Below are positions 22,895-35,830 of a DNA stretch of 64,000 nucleotides, one piece after another; the first letter of the stretch is position 1; each line of letters begins with the position of its first letter. The translations under genes were made by a program, and so were the position numbers. The stretch lies in assembly GCA_951406725.2 (NCBI GenBank), contig OX597815.1, positions 128,030,001 to 128,094,000 on the forward strand. The letters run 5' to 3'. A model generated the notes under the pieces. It had not been told where the DNA came from, did not search any database, and worked only from the letters and a program-made list of their open reading frames with translations. The DNA is from Octopus vulgaris. Its lineage: Eukaryota.

Positions 22895-23022
22895 ATATAA
22901 TATGTGACAATTATTCGGTTGCCATAATAAGACTCTGAGTTTCGGATGCTATAAAGGCAATCAAAACATCCAAAACTCGGAGTCTTATTATGGCCCCCGA
23001 ATAATTGTCTTATATTATTATA
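22895..23022. repeat. Fold-back with hammerhead 3' half-core (GAAACTCAGAGTC)
   Basis: ACAATTATTCGG..CCATAATAAGACTCTGAGTTTCGGATG pairs with CATCCAAAACTCGGAGTCTTATTATGG..CCGAATAATTGT; (TA)n nearby on both sides. Confidence 0.75.
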
Positions 23023-23050
23023 CATACATATAGATGTACATATATATATC

Positions 23051-23111
<61 letters not shown>

Positions 23112-23306
23112 TGGACAATATATGGATTTAACTAATCTGGTGATGCTCATAAAAAAAAATTCTTTAATGGATCTGGCTACAAATGACATAGTAAATCAAG
23201 ACAAAATAAAGTGACGTAACATATAGTCCAATTCAGTTGAAATCCAGTAAATAGAGTGATGGATATCTGATGGCAAATGAAATTAATGGCATTCTTTATT
23301 TAAAAT

Positions 23307-23408
23307 CACTACAATTGTTTCAACACATTTTTACACCTGTAGTGCATTGGTGAGATCTTGTGCGATCTTTCTTATACATCCAAGGTATAAGATGCACCTC
23401 CTCAGATA
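23307..23408 (-). ncRNA. Degenerate type I hammerhead-like motif (PLE-type)
   Basis: rc CTGAGGA, a long insert, then GAAAC-AATT-GTA with palindromic stem III; stem II pairing poor. Confidence 0.4.
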
Positions 23409-23934
23409 GTTGTTAGATCCTCTCTTTATTTTAGTCAGTGTGAGAATGCATACCCAAGGTGATGTGTCATTTTCAGCAGTTTACAGGCTTAACTAAACCC
23501 ATAGATAGCGACAGACAAAATACAATCAGACAAAATATATGAAGAAATAGACAAAAGAAAAGAGTCAGGTTGACTATAAATTACCATTCTACCTTAATGG
23601 TCAGATTATAAGGAAGAAAATGCTAAACAGACTGAAGAATAAAATGAAGAATACAATCAAGCCTTTAGAAATGATAAGGTGAAGACTGACCATTTCAGTA
23701 CTATCAACTGTTTCTTTGTTTCTTTAAAGGATCTAAATTACTCTCTGTCTCTCCTGACAAAATAACTGGTCCCATTCTATACTCGAATAAGCATCCATTT
23801 AAAGTTAATTTATTACCATCTAGTTTTCATGTGCTTTTTTGAAACAAGCAGAAAAAATAAGTTAGTAGGTATCCTTACCCACACCATACACATATTTGTA
23901 CATATACCCACCTACAAGGTAGTGAATATTGTGT

Positions 23935-23964
<30 letters not shown>

Positions 23965-23965
<1 letters not shown>

Positions 23966-26945
23966 TCCATCCTAGAGTTTTGCCAGCACACACCTTCCAC
24001 ACCCTCAGAGTTGGCACACTTATTGTTGGCACATTGAAAGGTAGGTCTTGTGAGATTGTTGAGGTGCTTGAACGGAGGCATGTAGATTTGTGTTGCATCC
24101 AAGAGGTAAGGTGGAGAGGAGGTTCTGTTAGGTTCCTCACAGGCAAAGAACATAGGTATAAGATTTTCTGAGTATGGAACAGTAATAGGGTTAGGTGCAT
24201 GGGTATACTCCTTGCTGAGAAATGGGTTGATAAGGTAATTGTGGTAGTCAGAGTTTGTGACAGAATACATAAGCTTAGACTAGTGCTGCAACATGGAATA
24301 GCAACCATTATCTCAGTCTATACCCCTCAGCTAGGGCTACCTGATGAACAGAAAGACCGATTTTATGACACCCTCTTGCAGACTACCTCATCGACGAATG
24401 CCAGGGACCATCTCTTTGTGGCTGGCAACTTCAATGGGCGTGTTGGACAACACCCAGGGAGCTTCCATGATGTGCATGGTGGCAATTGATTCGGTTCCCG
24501 CAATGAGGAGGGAACCAGGCTACTGGAGTTCTGTGATGCAAATGATCTTATGATCTATTATACTAACTTCAAGAAACCTGCCAGTTACCTGTTCATCCAC
24601 CAGTCTGGTGGGTACACTAATCAGATTGACTACATTCTCACCAGATCAAGAAAGATGGCTACTTATAAATGCCAAAACTTTCCCAGGTGAAGAATGCACC
24701 CCGCAACATAGGTTAGTAGTTAGTAACTTCAGGATCAGGGCTAAATGGCCGCCCAGAAGACGACCAATGTGGAAAAGGAGAGTCTGGAAGCTTAAGGGTC
24801 CTCTGAATGGACAAAGATACAAAGATTTAGAGACGTACTTGAAGATTTTGAAGAAAAAGAGGAGGATATAACATCACATAGTGTAGAGGACAAATGGAGA
24901 TCCCTATGAGACAACCTAGTGAGGGCTACTGACCAGATCTATGGCTAGTGTCAAGTCCCCTCTCGACCTAAGGTGACATGGTGGTGGAAAAATGTAGTTG
25001 ACAGGGCAATTAGGGAAAAGAAACAGGCATGAAAGGACTGGAGGTTTGGTGGTAGCAGAGAACTGTATCAGATAGCCAGAAGGAGAACTAGGAGACAGGT
25101 TTACTTAGCCAAAGGGGAAGCAGATAAGAAGAAATTTGCCAATGTTCTGCATTGTGAGGAACAAAGAACTGAAGTATTTCAAATTGCAAGACTGTGTATG
25201 AGAGAAAATCAGGATGACATAGGAGAGACATTTGTTGGCATGAATGATAGCTCACTTGAATTTAATGATACTGCAAAGAGAGAGACCTGGAGATGCTACT
25301 ATGAAAGGTTGCTAAATGAAGAGAAAAATGGGAGACAGATAGTCTGCCAGATGTCAACCCAACAGAGTGACCAACTATCTGAATTGACAGTACCTTGGTA
25401 GATAAAACAATTAAGGGTATGAAGTCAGGAAAAGCCCCTGGCCCATCAGGAATCACTTCTGAGATGCTTAAAATATTTGGGAGTGTAGGCTATAGTCTAG
25501 TCACCCATATAGTTAACCAGGTGATTCATGAAGCAGTCATACCGAATGACTGATGTAGCAGTACCACAGTCAACTGCTACAAAAGTAAAAGTGACGCCTT
25601 AAATAGAAATAATTACAGAAGTATCAAATTGTGGGATCGGGAGATGAAATTCACAAAGAAGGTCATAGCCAAACTAATTAGGGAGAGAGTTTAGATGAGA
25701 TGCAGCTTGGTTTTGTGCCAGGGAGAGGTATCACTGGTGCTATATTTCTAGTAAGACAGCTGCAGGAGGAATATATAACCAACGATAAACTTCTGCACTT
25801 GGTTTTTGTTGATTAGGGATAGATGAGTGGTTGGTGAGAGCTGTACAAGGCATGTACAGGGATGCTGTCAGTAAAGTGAGCATTGGCAACGAGTATAGAG
25901 AAGAATTCAGGATAGAAGTAGGGGTTCACCAAAGATCAGTTCTCATCCCCCTCTTGTTCATCATAGTCCTCCAGGCAATAACAGAGGAATTCAAGACAGG
26001 CTGCTCTTGGGAGTTCCTCTATGCTGATGACCTTGCTCTAATAGCTGAATCACTACCAGAACCAGTGAAGAAGTTTCAGGTGTGGAATCAAGGTCTAGAA
26101 TCAAAAGGCCTTAGAATTAACCTAGCAAAAACCAAAGTCTTAGTAAGTAGGAAGACAGACAAATCACAAATCACCTCATGTAGATGGCCCTGCTTGATCT
26201 GTAGAAAAGGTGCAGGTAGAAACTCTTTAAGATGTAACTAGTGTAAGGTATGGACACATAAAAGGTGCAGCAATATCAGAAGAAGTTTAAGATAGTTTTT
26301 GTGTGTGGAAGATGCGCAGGTGCAATAAACACTGAAAATGTACAGAAAACAGGTTCCATTACATGCCAGGAAAAAAAAACTAGAAGTAGTTGATAGCTTC
26401 TGTAGGTGACCTTCTCAGTAGCAAGGATGGACGCTTTGAGAGTGTAGTTGCTAGATTAAGAATAGACTGGGCAAAGTTCAGAGAGATCCTACCTCTGATA
26501 ATAACAAAACGTCTCTCAGAGTGAAAGGTAGACTGTATGATGCCTGTATGCAAACAGCCATGCTACACAGCAGGGAAACATGGGCTGTGACTGCTGAAGA
26601 CATGTTTAAGCTTGAAAGAAATGAAGCTAGTATACTCCACTGGATGTGTAATGTCAGAGTGCATGCATGACAAAGTGTAAGTGCCCCAAGAGAGAAGTTG
26701 GACACAAGGAGCATCAAATGTGGTGTGCAAGAGAGACGACTGTGCTGGTGTGGTCATGTGATGCATATGGACGAGGACAGCTGAGTGAAGAAGTGTCACA
26801 CCCTAACAGTGGAGGGAACCTGCGGAATAGGTGGTGAAGCATAACCTTCGAACATTGGGCCTGACAGAGGCAATGACAAGCAACTGAGACCTTTGGAGAT
26901 ATGCCATGCTTGAAAAAACACAGCAAGCCATGTGAGATCATAGTA
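23965..26945 (+). mobile_element. Degenerate near-complete RTE copy
   Basis: Colinear with the 16984 ORF from HTFHTLRVGTL through YADD, PHD (WPCLICRKG) and the C-terminus. Many stops and frameshifts; 5' end at (TA)n. Confidence 0.92.
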
Positions 26946-27286
26946 TTGAATTGTAGGTTGATATGCTGTGCTTGTGAAGACCTGTTGAACTGAGTGAAAT
27001 AGTTGTCATGGCTGATGCCAGAGCTGCCTGACTGGTACCTGTACCAGGGGCAAGTAAAAAGCACCATTTGAGTGCTGTCCTCATCCATTTGCAACACATG
27101 ACCATACCAGTGCAATCGTTTCTCTTGCATATCACATCTGATGCTTCTTAAGTCCAACTTTTCTCTCAGGGCGCTTACACTCTGTTGTATATGCACTGAT
27201 ATTACAAATCCAGCGGAGCATACTGGCTTCATTTCTTTCAAGCTTAAGCATGTCCTCAGCAGTCACAACCCATGTTTCACTGCCAA
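26945..27286 (-). mobile_element. RTE 3' fragment, tail-to-tail with the preceding copy
   Basis: GSETWVVTAEDMLKLERNEASMLRW..LHWYGHV on the minus strand. Confidence 0.8.
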
Positions 27287-28378
27287 TGTTGGTAGTTGAA
27301 ACTGCAATTGTTGTATGTGTTGACTGCAAAGAAATTTTAGGAAATATTTTAATTAGGTGCAGGCATAGCTGTGTGCTTAGGTTCAAGTTCCCCTGGGTGG
27401 AAAATACCATCTACTACAGCATGGGACCAAAAAAGGGTTTGGGAGTGAATTTGATAGCCAGAAACTGTAAGAAGCCCATCGTGTGTGTGAGTGTGTGTGT
27501 GTGTGTGTGTGTGTATGTGAATGCGTGAATGTCAGCATCCTATGGCTTCTGTTGAGCAAAGTGACGAATGATGTCTCCATCCCATTTTGACATTATGACC
27601 TGTTGCTCCACACTTTCAAAGGCTAGTGAAATTCAAAAATTATCTTTTATTTAGAAAATAGATAAAGGTTGGCAACAGGAAGAGCATCTAACCAAAAATT
27701 CCTGCCTCCAATAACTCCCCATCAAACCTATGCTAGCAGCAAAAAATGGATGTTATACAAACGAAACTCCTCATATTTTAAATGACAGTGTACAATGTCT
27801 ATAAATAGTGTATAAAATGTGAAACACACAAATGAACTATATGACTTTATGTTCTTGAATTTTTCCTCAATTGTCAAAAAATATATATCTAAAATTTCTA
27901 TAAAAAGGAAAATTATTCGTATTATTGTTTGTGTTAACTTGTATTTGGGTCTAAACAATTTTATAAATAGAAAAGAAAAGTAAAACAAGTTTTACTTCAT
28001 AACATATATTAAAATGAAATTTGTATTCACGCCTTGCTTATTAACAATTGAAAATAAAATACTTGTGTTGACACTTTTAAAGAGTAATTGCTTCAAAACA
28101 TTTTAAGGTGAAGTAGCTACCATTCATTGCAGTCATTAAATTCATTTGGTCTTATCATATTCATCATTATTGTTATCATTGATGTTATTGTCGTCATAGT
28201 TGTTGTCATCATTGTCATCACCATTGTCATCATCATCATCATCATCACCATCATAATCATCATAATCATCATAATCATCAATATCATTGTTACCATTTAC
28301 ACATATTTTTCTTTGCCATATGGGCTAGACGAATTGTTACTGTCTAAAGCAGTTCTAATTTGTAGTCATACCTTAGAC

Positions 28379-28895
28379 CAGGTGTCACCAAACTACAGCC
28401 CATGGGCTGGATTCAGCCTGTGAGATCAGTTCATCCAGCCCACTGCTGCCCTGCACCTTTTGTGTAAGTACCTGCAATGAGAGTTGGCATCAGTGTTAAG
28501 AACAACTTATGTCTATGAGCAAACATTTTCAAAAATTAAGTATGTGAAGTCAGCACATCGGCTGAGGTTGACTGATAAACATTTGAAAGCAATTCTCTTG
28601 GTTGGATGCAGCAATTCCAAAGTAAACATTGATGACATCTTAAAAGCTAAACACCAGTTTCACACATCTCACTAACCTTTTTGCTGCTTAGTTTGTGAAA
28701 TTCAGATATGTGTACACTTAGTGTGATATTATTGCTAATGTCACCATCTTTGATAGCTTTTTGGTAAATAAATATGTCGGTTGTCTTTATTTTTTGTATA
28801 TTCACTGTATTGTATTGAACAAAATGGTTATGTGGCCCATGCTCGTCATTCTCTCTGTTATCATGCTCACCATGTAAAAAGTTTGGTGATCCCTG
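28379..28895 (+). mobile_element. Non-autonomous hAT (Charlie/SPIN-like) element
   Basis: TIRs CAGGTGTCACCAAACT and CAGGGATCACCAAACT (rc), perfect 8-bp TSD CCTTAGAC, dimerization-domain remnant TTYVYEQTFSKIKYVKSAHRLRLTDKHL. Confidence 0.9.
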
Positions 28896-29039
28896 CCTTA
28901 GACAGATCAGGTACTATGTCTTTAGACAGGATTTCCATAGTTGGATACCTTCCTATCATCAACCACTTTACAATACAAGCACTACAGACATTGTTTTAAC
29001 ACAGGCTATGTAATGCTATTATTACTGTTGCTATAGGAA

Positions 29040-29250
29040 GCTGGTGAGCTAGCAGAATCATTAGCACACTGGTGAAATGCTTAGCAGCATCCCATCTGCC
29101 ACTACGTTCTGAGTTCAAATTCTGCTGAGGTCAATTTTGCCTTTCATCCTTTTGGGGGTCGATGAAATAAGTAACAGTTACGTACTGGGGTCAATATAAT
29201 CGACTAGCCCCCTTTCAAGGCCTTGCACCTAGAGTAGAAATAATTATTAG
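29040..29250 (+). mobile_element. SINE family B
   Basis: GGTGAGCTAGCAGAATC..GAGTTCAAATTC..GCCTTTCATCCTTTTGGGGGTCGATGAAATAAG..AATAATTATT. Confidence 0.8.
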
Positions 29251-29379
29251 TTACTACTACTACTATTATCATTTTTAGCAGCGCCTCCCACCCCCACCCA
29301 AACTTTTTTGCATCCCAGACCAGGGAATTATGTGCATAACAAAACACAATTAATAACATAATTTAATTATTACACAAAT

Positions 29380-30747
29380 ATTGTATCATCCTGTAAATAA
29401 TGTGGTTTTTTCAATTGCATGAACTAATAGCCAGAGGGGGATGGATAAAGTACCTGCATCAACTTGCTATAAAGCAGGTAGTAATTTATTTTGTCCTTAT
29501 TCTTAGTGCTAATTTTGAAGAGTGCAGTTCAATTTTAAAAGTTATTTTTTCAAGTTATAATGGACGTGACAAAGGTGCATATCTGGTATATTTTGCTTTA
29601 TGAGTTCAATAAAGGCAACAACGGAAAGTGTAAGGAATATTAATGTAGTATATGGGGATCAGACAATAAATGCAATAAAAGCCTTGAAACTTTACTCCCT
29701 CCAGCGTCACCGTGAGCGGTACATCATTTGTACGATGTGGAGAATATACCGCCAACTTTGCCCAAACAACCTTAACATTAGCTTCAAGGTTCATCCAAGA
29801 CTGGGACCACAGGCCATACGTCCCCTGCCCAATTCAAGATCACAACATACATGTACACTGCAACATAATTTCTTTTCCTCAACAGGCCCTGCCCTATTTA
29901 ACATTGTCCCGAGGGAGATCAAAGAGGAAAAGGATCCCATCAACTTTAAACGGAGTCTGGATAGATTCCTTCAAAGAATACCAGATAAGCCACCCATAAT
30001 TGGATACAACTCACCCAACAAGAACTCACTACTTGAACAAAACTTGATACAATTCACCCAACAAGAACTCACTACTTGAACAAAACTTGACTTAAACAAA
30101 ACTTGACTTAAACAGGATTCAAATAATCCTATCAGGTGGTGCTATTAAGTTAGATATGGCCTGGACCAATCTTTGGTCGAAACATATCTAAGTTATCTAA
30201 GTTATCTAAGTGTCAACAGTGATTCCAGAAATTCTGAGCGGGAAACTACAACCTAGATGAGCCTTGTTCTGAAAGATCTGTAGAGCTCGACAGGGATGTC
30301 CTACAAATTCTGGTGGAACAAAATCCCATCATAACTGTTGAGAAACTAGCAGAGAAGCATGGATTTGGTCATTAAACAAGTCATTCAAGTCAGCACCAGA
30401 AGAAAAACAACCATCTTTGGTTTTCAAGATGAAAGGTGTTCTTTCATTAGGATAATACTTGGCCACATACAGTGAGGATGACATTCCAAAGGCTGGAGCA
30501 GTTTCAATGGGAAATGATGGCCCACCCACCATATTTGCTGAAGATTGCTCCATCTGATTATTATTTATTCCGCAGTCTTCAAAATCATTTGGATGGAAAA
30601 AATATGAATTTTGTAGACGAGGTAAGAACAATACTAGAGGAGTATTTTACATCATGAACACATGAATTTTGCAAGAGGGGTCTTGAAAGTCTACCAGATA
30701 GATAGAAGAGCATTGTAAAAAATGAAGAGTATATTTTAGATTAAATA
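29380..30747 (+). mobile_element. Degenerate mariner interrupted by a CR1-like insert
   Basis: LLYEFNKG..NINVVYGD, then the insert, then FQKF..LVEQNP..HPPYLLKIAPSDYYLFRSLQNHL. Confidence 0.8.
29678..30211 (+). mobile_element. CR1/L2-like LINE 3' fragment with (TATCTAAGT)3 tail
   Basis: LKLYSLQRHRERY..GPALFNIVPREIK..FKRSLDRFLQRIPDKP; tandem 9-mer tail. Confidence 0.85.
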
Positions 30748-30749
30748 TC

Positions 30750-31200
30750 TCTCCCGCCTTCACTCCCAGGAGTGAAGGTGGAAGAGGTATGCAGTAATAT
30801 ATGTCTGGAAGATCTTGGAAGGAATTGTGCCAAATTTTGACAATGAAAGCTACACCAATGCCAAAACAGGTCGTCACTGCAAAAGATCCCAGCAATGCCC
30901 TCACGCTTCAGTACCAGTTACTGCAACAGCCTGGGTTTCAGGGGACCACAGCTTTTTAATATTCTCTCAAAGAGCCTGAGGACCTACACAAAGTGGATAT
31001 AGGTGCTTTCAAATCAAAACTGGACCTCTTCCTGTCAAGAGACCCAAATGAACCTACCTTGCAGCAAGAGGTGCAAATGAAGGTAGCGACATCAAACTCC
31101 CTTATTCACCAAATGCCATATATAAGAGGAAGCTCTCAATAATAACAGTGTAGCAAAATGGTAGTGCCCCAGCATGGCCACAGCTTTGAGCTGAAACAAA
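30750..31200 (+). mobile_element. CR1/L2-like LINE 3' fragment (candidate partner of SINE A)
   Basis: GPQLFNIL..FKSKLDLFLSRDPNEP, then GGTAGTGCCCCAGCATGGCCACAGCTTTGAGCTGAAAC. Confidence 0.8.
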
Positions 31201-31574
31201 CATGATTGATCACTAGCCACTAAGCCGTTTTTATTTTCTCTGTCTGTTTATTTGTGTGTTCCTTTCTGCTGAAGAGCGTAGGCTTGAAACGTAAAAGACT
31301 TTCTCACTTCCTGAGCGTTAAACAAATACATCTGTTAGTTGTTTACACACCTGTCTTCGTCTTTTGTTTGTTTTTTTGTAAATTCCAACTATATATATAT
31401 ATATAAAACTATTTATAACTATATATATGTATACATATGTATATATATATAGTTTTATATATATATATATAGTTGGAATTTACAAAAAAACAAACAAAAG
31501 ACGAAGACAGGTGTGTAAACAACTAACAGATGTATTTGTTTAACGCTCAGGAAGTGAGAAAGTCTTTTACGTTT
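31200..31574 (+). mobile_element. Penelope-like tail with hammerhead-like core and perfect inverted duplication
   Basis: CTTT-CTGCTGA-A-GAGC-GTAG-GCTT-GAAAC-GTA-AAAG at 31262-31297; 31287-31412 is inverted at 31449-31574. Confidence 0.7.
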
Positions 31575-31616
31575 ATATATATATATAAAACTATTTATAA
31601 CTATATATATGTATAC

Positions 31617-31661
<45 letters not shown>

Positions 31662-31664
<3 letters not shown>

Positions 31665-33390
31665 GAGCTCCTATATGCTGACGACCTTTCTCTAATTGCT
31701 GAATCACTATCAGAACTAGAGAAGTTTCAGGTGTGGAAACAAGGATTAGAATCGAAGAGCCTTAAAGTGAACCTAGGAAGGCAAGCAAACCACAAATCAC
31801 TTCAGGTAGATGGCCCTGCTTGATCTGTAGAAAAGGCATAGGTAGAAACTCTATAAATGTACCCAGTGTAATCTATGGACACAAGAGGTGTAGCAATATC
31901 AAAGGAAGGCTAACTGGGAAGATAGATTTTTGTATGTGGCAGATGCTCAGGAACAATAAACACTGAAAATGTGCAGAGAACAACTTCTTCCACATTCCAG
32001 GGAGAAAAACTTAAAGTAATTGATAGTTTCAGATACCTAGGTGACCAAGTCAGTAGCAGGTGAGGGTGTGCTGAAAGTGTAGCTGCTAGAATAAGATGAG
32101 CCTGGGCAAAGTTCAGAGAGCTCCTACCTCTGCTGGTGACAAAGGGCCTCAGAGTAAAAAGTAGACTGTATGATTCATGTGTACGAACAGCCATGCTACA
32201 TGGCAGTGAAACATGGGTTGTGACTGCTGAGGACATGCGTAAGCTTGCAACGAATGAAGCCAGTATGCTCCAATGGATGTATAATGTCAGTGTGCATACT
32301 CGACAGAGTCTAAGTACCTTGAGAGAAAAGTTGGATTTAAGAAGCATCAGATGTGGTGTGCAAGAGAGATGACTGTGCTGGTATGGTCATGTGGCGAGAA
32401 TGGCCGAGGATAGCTTTGTGAAAAAGTGCCACCCACTAGCAGTTAAGGGAACCTGTGGAAGAGAAAGACCCAGGAAGACCTGGGGTGAAGTGGTGAAGCA
32501 CGACCTTCGAACATTAGGCCTCACTGAGGCAATGACTAGTGAGCGAGACCTTTGGAAATATGCTGTGCTTGAGAAGACCCGACAAGCCTATGCCAGGGAT
32601 GTAACCAGCCCACTTATGCATACCTTTCATTCACTAGACACTAAACTCTGCTTGTGAGGCAAGTGAAATTGAAATCAAATTCGATGACTGGCACTGTGCT
32701 TGTGGGGCACTAAGAGCACCATCCGAGTGTGATCATTGCCAGCACAGCAAATTGACTTCTGTGCTGGTGGCACGTAAAAAGCACCATTCGAGCTTAATCA
32801 TTACCAGCGTCACCTTAGTGGCACTTGTGCTGGTAGCACGTGAAAAAACATTCAAGTGAGGTCGTTGCCAGTGCCGCTGGACTGGCTCCTGTGCAAGTGG
32901 AACATAAAAAGCACAATTTGAGTGTGGCCGTTGCTAGTATTGCCTGACTGGCCCTTGTGCCGGTGGCATGTAAAAGCACCCGCTACACTCTCGAAGTGGT
33001 TGGTGTTAGGAAGGGCATCCAGTTGTAGAAACTCTGCCAGATCAGATTGGAGCCTGATGCAGCCATCTGGCTCACCAGTGCCCAGTCAAACCTTAGTGTA
33101 GTGGGTGCTTTTACGTGCCACCGGAATGAGGGCCAGTCAGGCATTACTGGCAATGGCCTCACTCAAATGGTGTTTTTTACAAGCCACCTGCACAGGAGCC
33201 AGTCCAGAAGCACTGGAAATGACCTCGCTTGAATGTTTTTTCCCGTGCTATCAGCACAAGTGCCAGTAAGGTGATGCTGGTAACGATCACGCTCAAATGG
33301 TGCTTTTTACATGCCACCCGCATGGAAGCCAGTTTGTTGCTCTGGCAACGCTCAAGCTCGGATGGTGCTCCTAGCACTCTACTAGCACTA
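31662..33390 (+). mobile_element. 5'-truncated RTE (31662-33090, plus) joined to an inverted 3' UTR array (33093-33390, minus)
   Basis: Begins at WELLYADD right after (TA)n; PHD, C-terminus and array units, then the same array in reverse. Confidence 0.85.
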
Positions 33391-33469
33391 TATATATATA
33401 TAATTATAATTTTCTTTTGAGAAACATAGATAGTGTAGAAGTGCTCAAATCAAATTCGAGTCGCTAGAC

Positions 33470-33900
33470 AAGTATAATAGATACAACAGAAAAAGTTCAA
33501 ATCAGGCAGACTGCGATTAACACATACATACATGAGTTTAATTAGGATAAAATGAGAACTGTCTAATCTGAAACATGTATTGATATATTAGAAATATAAA
33601 AATATAGAAATATAAAAATATACATGGACATATAGATATATAGATAAGTAAACATAACAATAATAGAATATAGATAAAAATAATAGTGGAATATAAAAAA
33701 AAGAGATTTTCAAAAAATTCAAAATATAATATAGAGAAAGTAATAGGTGTAGGAGTGGCTGTGTGGTAAGTAGCTTGCTTACCAATGACATGGTTCTGGG
33801 TTCAGTCCCACTTAGTGGCACCATGAGCAAGTGTCTTCTACTATAGCCTTGGGCCTTGTAAGTGGATTTGGTAGACGGAAACTGAAAGAAGCCTGTTGTA

Positions 33901-33969
<69 letters not shown>

Positions 33970-34452
33970 GTGTATGTGTATATGTTTGTGTGTCTGTGTT
34001 TGTCCCCCACCCCAACATCACTTGACAACCAATGCTGGTGTGTTTACATCCCCGTAACTTAGCAGTTCAGCAAAAGAGATCGATAGAATAAGTACTAGGC
34101 TTCCAGAGAATAAGTCCTGGGGTCGATTTGCTTGACTAAAGGCGGTGCTCCAGCATGGCCACAGTCAAATGACTGAAACAAATAAAAGAATAAAAGAGAG
34201 CATTAAAAAGGGTTTTTATAGCCTATTACTGTCTATATTCCATAATTATTTTTATCTATATTCTATTGTTATTATGTTTACACATCTATATATCTATATG
34301 TCCATGTATATTTTTAATAGTCATATATTTTTAATATATAAATTTACGTTTCAGATTTGACAATCCTCATTTTATCCTAATTCAACCCGTATATGTATGT
34401 GTTAATCGTAGTCTGCCTGATTTGAACCTTTTCTATTGTATCTATTATACTT
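33470..34452. repeat. Long fold-back (arms about 225 bp) with a SINE A (33744-34200, plus) in the loop
   Basis: 33470-33695 pairs with 34230-34452. Both arms carry an AAATGA, stem, GAAAC..GTA hammerhead-like remnant. Confidence 0.85.
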
Positions 34453-35130
34453 ATTTATATATATATATAAATAACTTACTGTTAATAAAAGCCTGGGTGT
34501 GTTGCATTCGATTTCTTAAAAAGTTTAAAAATGTATTGTAATACAAAGCCAACAAATAGCAATCATATGACGTATACTGAGTGCACAAACGGATGTAAAA
34601 CAGACACATTGTTATCCATGCACTGTTTGCTCTCGGACCTATATTCTCCACAGCTTGTGGGCACCACCAGCATTGGAAGCCCCTCAGTCTTATTAATTAT
34701 GTGAAACTGAGCAATACCATCTGGTTGATAACTGATGAAGAACTATGAACCTTCTGTGTCTTTCTTCCATCCCTTTGTGTACTCAATATGCATTATACAT
34801 TTTTTACTTGTCGTTTGTGTATTTACAATACATATATTTACACTAAATATATTTACAATACATTTATTATGTATGTGGGTGTGTATGTATAATATGTGTG
34901 TGTGTGTATGTATATATATGTTTGTGTATCATCATCATCATCATCATCAAAATCATCATCGTCATCATTTAACGTCCACTTTCCATGCTGGCATGGGTTG
35001 GATGGTTTGACTGAGGACTGGCAAGCCAGAAGGCTGCACCAGCCACCAATCTGATCTAGTATGGTTTCTACAGCTGGATGCCCTTCCTAATGCCAACCAC
35101 TCTGAGAGTTTAGTAGATGCTTTTTATATA

Positions 35131-35295
35131 TAGGCGTAGGAGTGGCTGTGTGGTAAGTAGCTTGCTTACCAACCACATGGTACCGGGTTCAGTCCCACCG
35201 CATGGCATATTGGGCAAGTGTCTTCTACTATAGCCTCGGGCCAACCAAAGCCTTGTGAGTGGATTTGGTAAACGGAAACCGATAGAAGACCATCG

Positions 35296-35363
<68 letters not shown>

Positions 35364-35578
35364 TGTGTCTGTGTTTGTCCCCGCAACATCGCTTGACAAC
35401 TGATGCTGGTGTGTTTATGTCCCCGTAACTTAGCAGTTCGGCAAAAGAGTCGATAGAATAAGTACTAGGCTTACAAAGAATAAGTCCTGGGGGTCAATGT
35501 GCTTGACTAAAGGCGGTGCTCCAGCATAGCCACAGTCAAATGACTGAAACAAGTAAAAGGGTAAAAGAGTAAAGAGTA
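35131..35578 (+). mobile_element. SINE family A, full length
   Basis: Same structure as 15652-16058 with a longer (TG)n. Confidence 0.9.
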
Positions 35579-35579
35579 T

Positions 35580-35830
35580 AGTTGAAATTTGCAGAAAAAA
35601 AAAAGATGAAGACATGTGTATAAACAACAAACAGGTGTATTAGTTTAATGCTCGCGAAGGTGAGAAAGTCTTTTACGTTTCAACAAAAAGGAATATGAGG
35701 AAATAAACAGAGAGAGAATATAAAAACTTTTGGAGCTAGCAGTCAATCATGGCTGGATGACGGTAGTTAGACAGGAGAGCTGGTAAGAAGGGGACTTAAT
35801 AAAGTATTGGTGATCCCAAAACTAAGGTGC
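35580..35830 (-). mobile_element. Penelope-like 3' tail fragment
   Basis: Homologous to 31200-31390 (rc GAAACGTAAAAGACTTTCTCAC). Confidence 0.6.
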
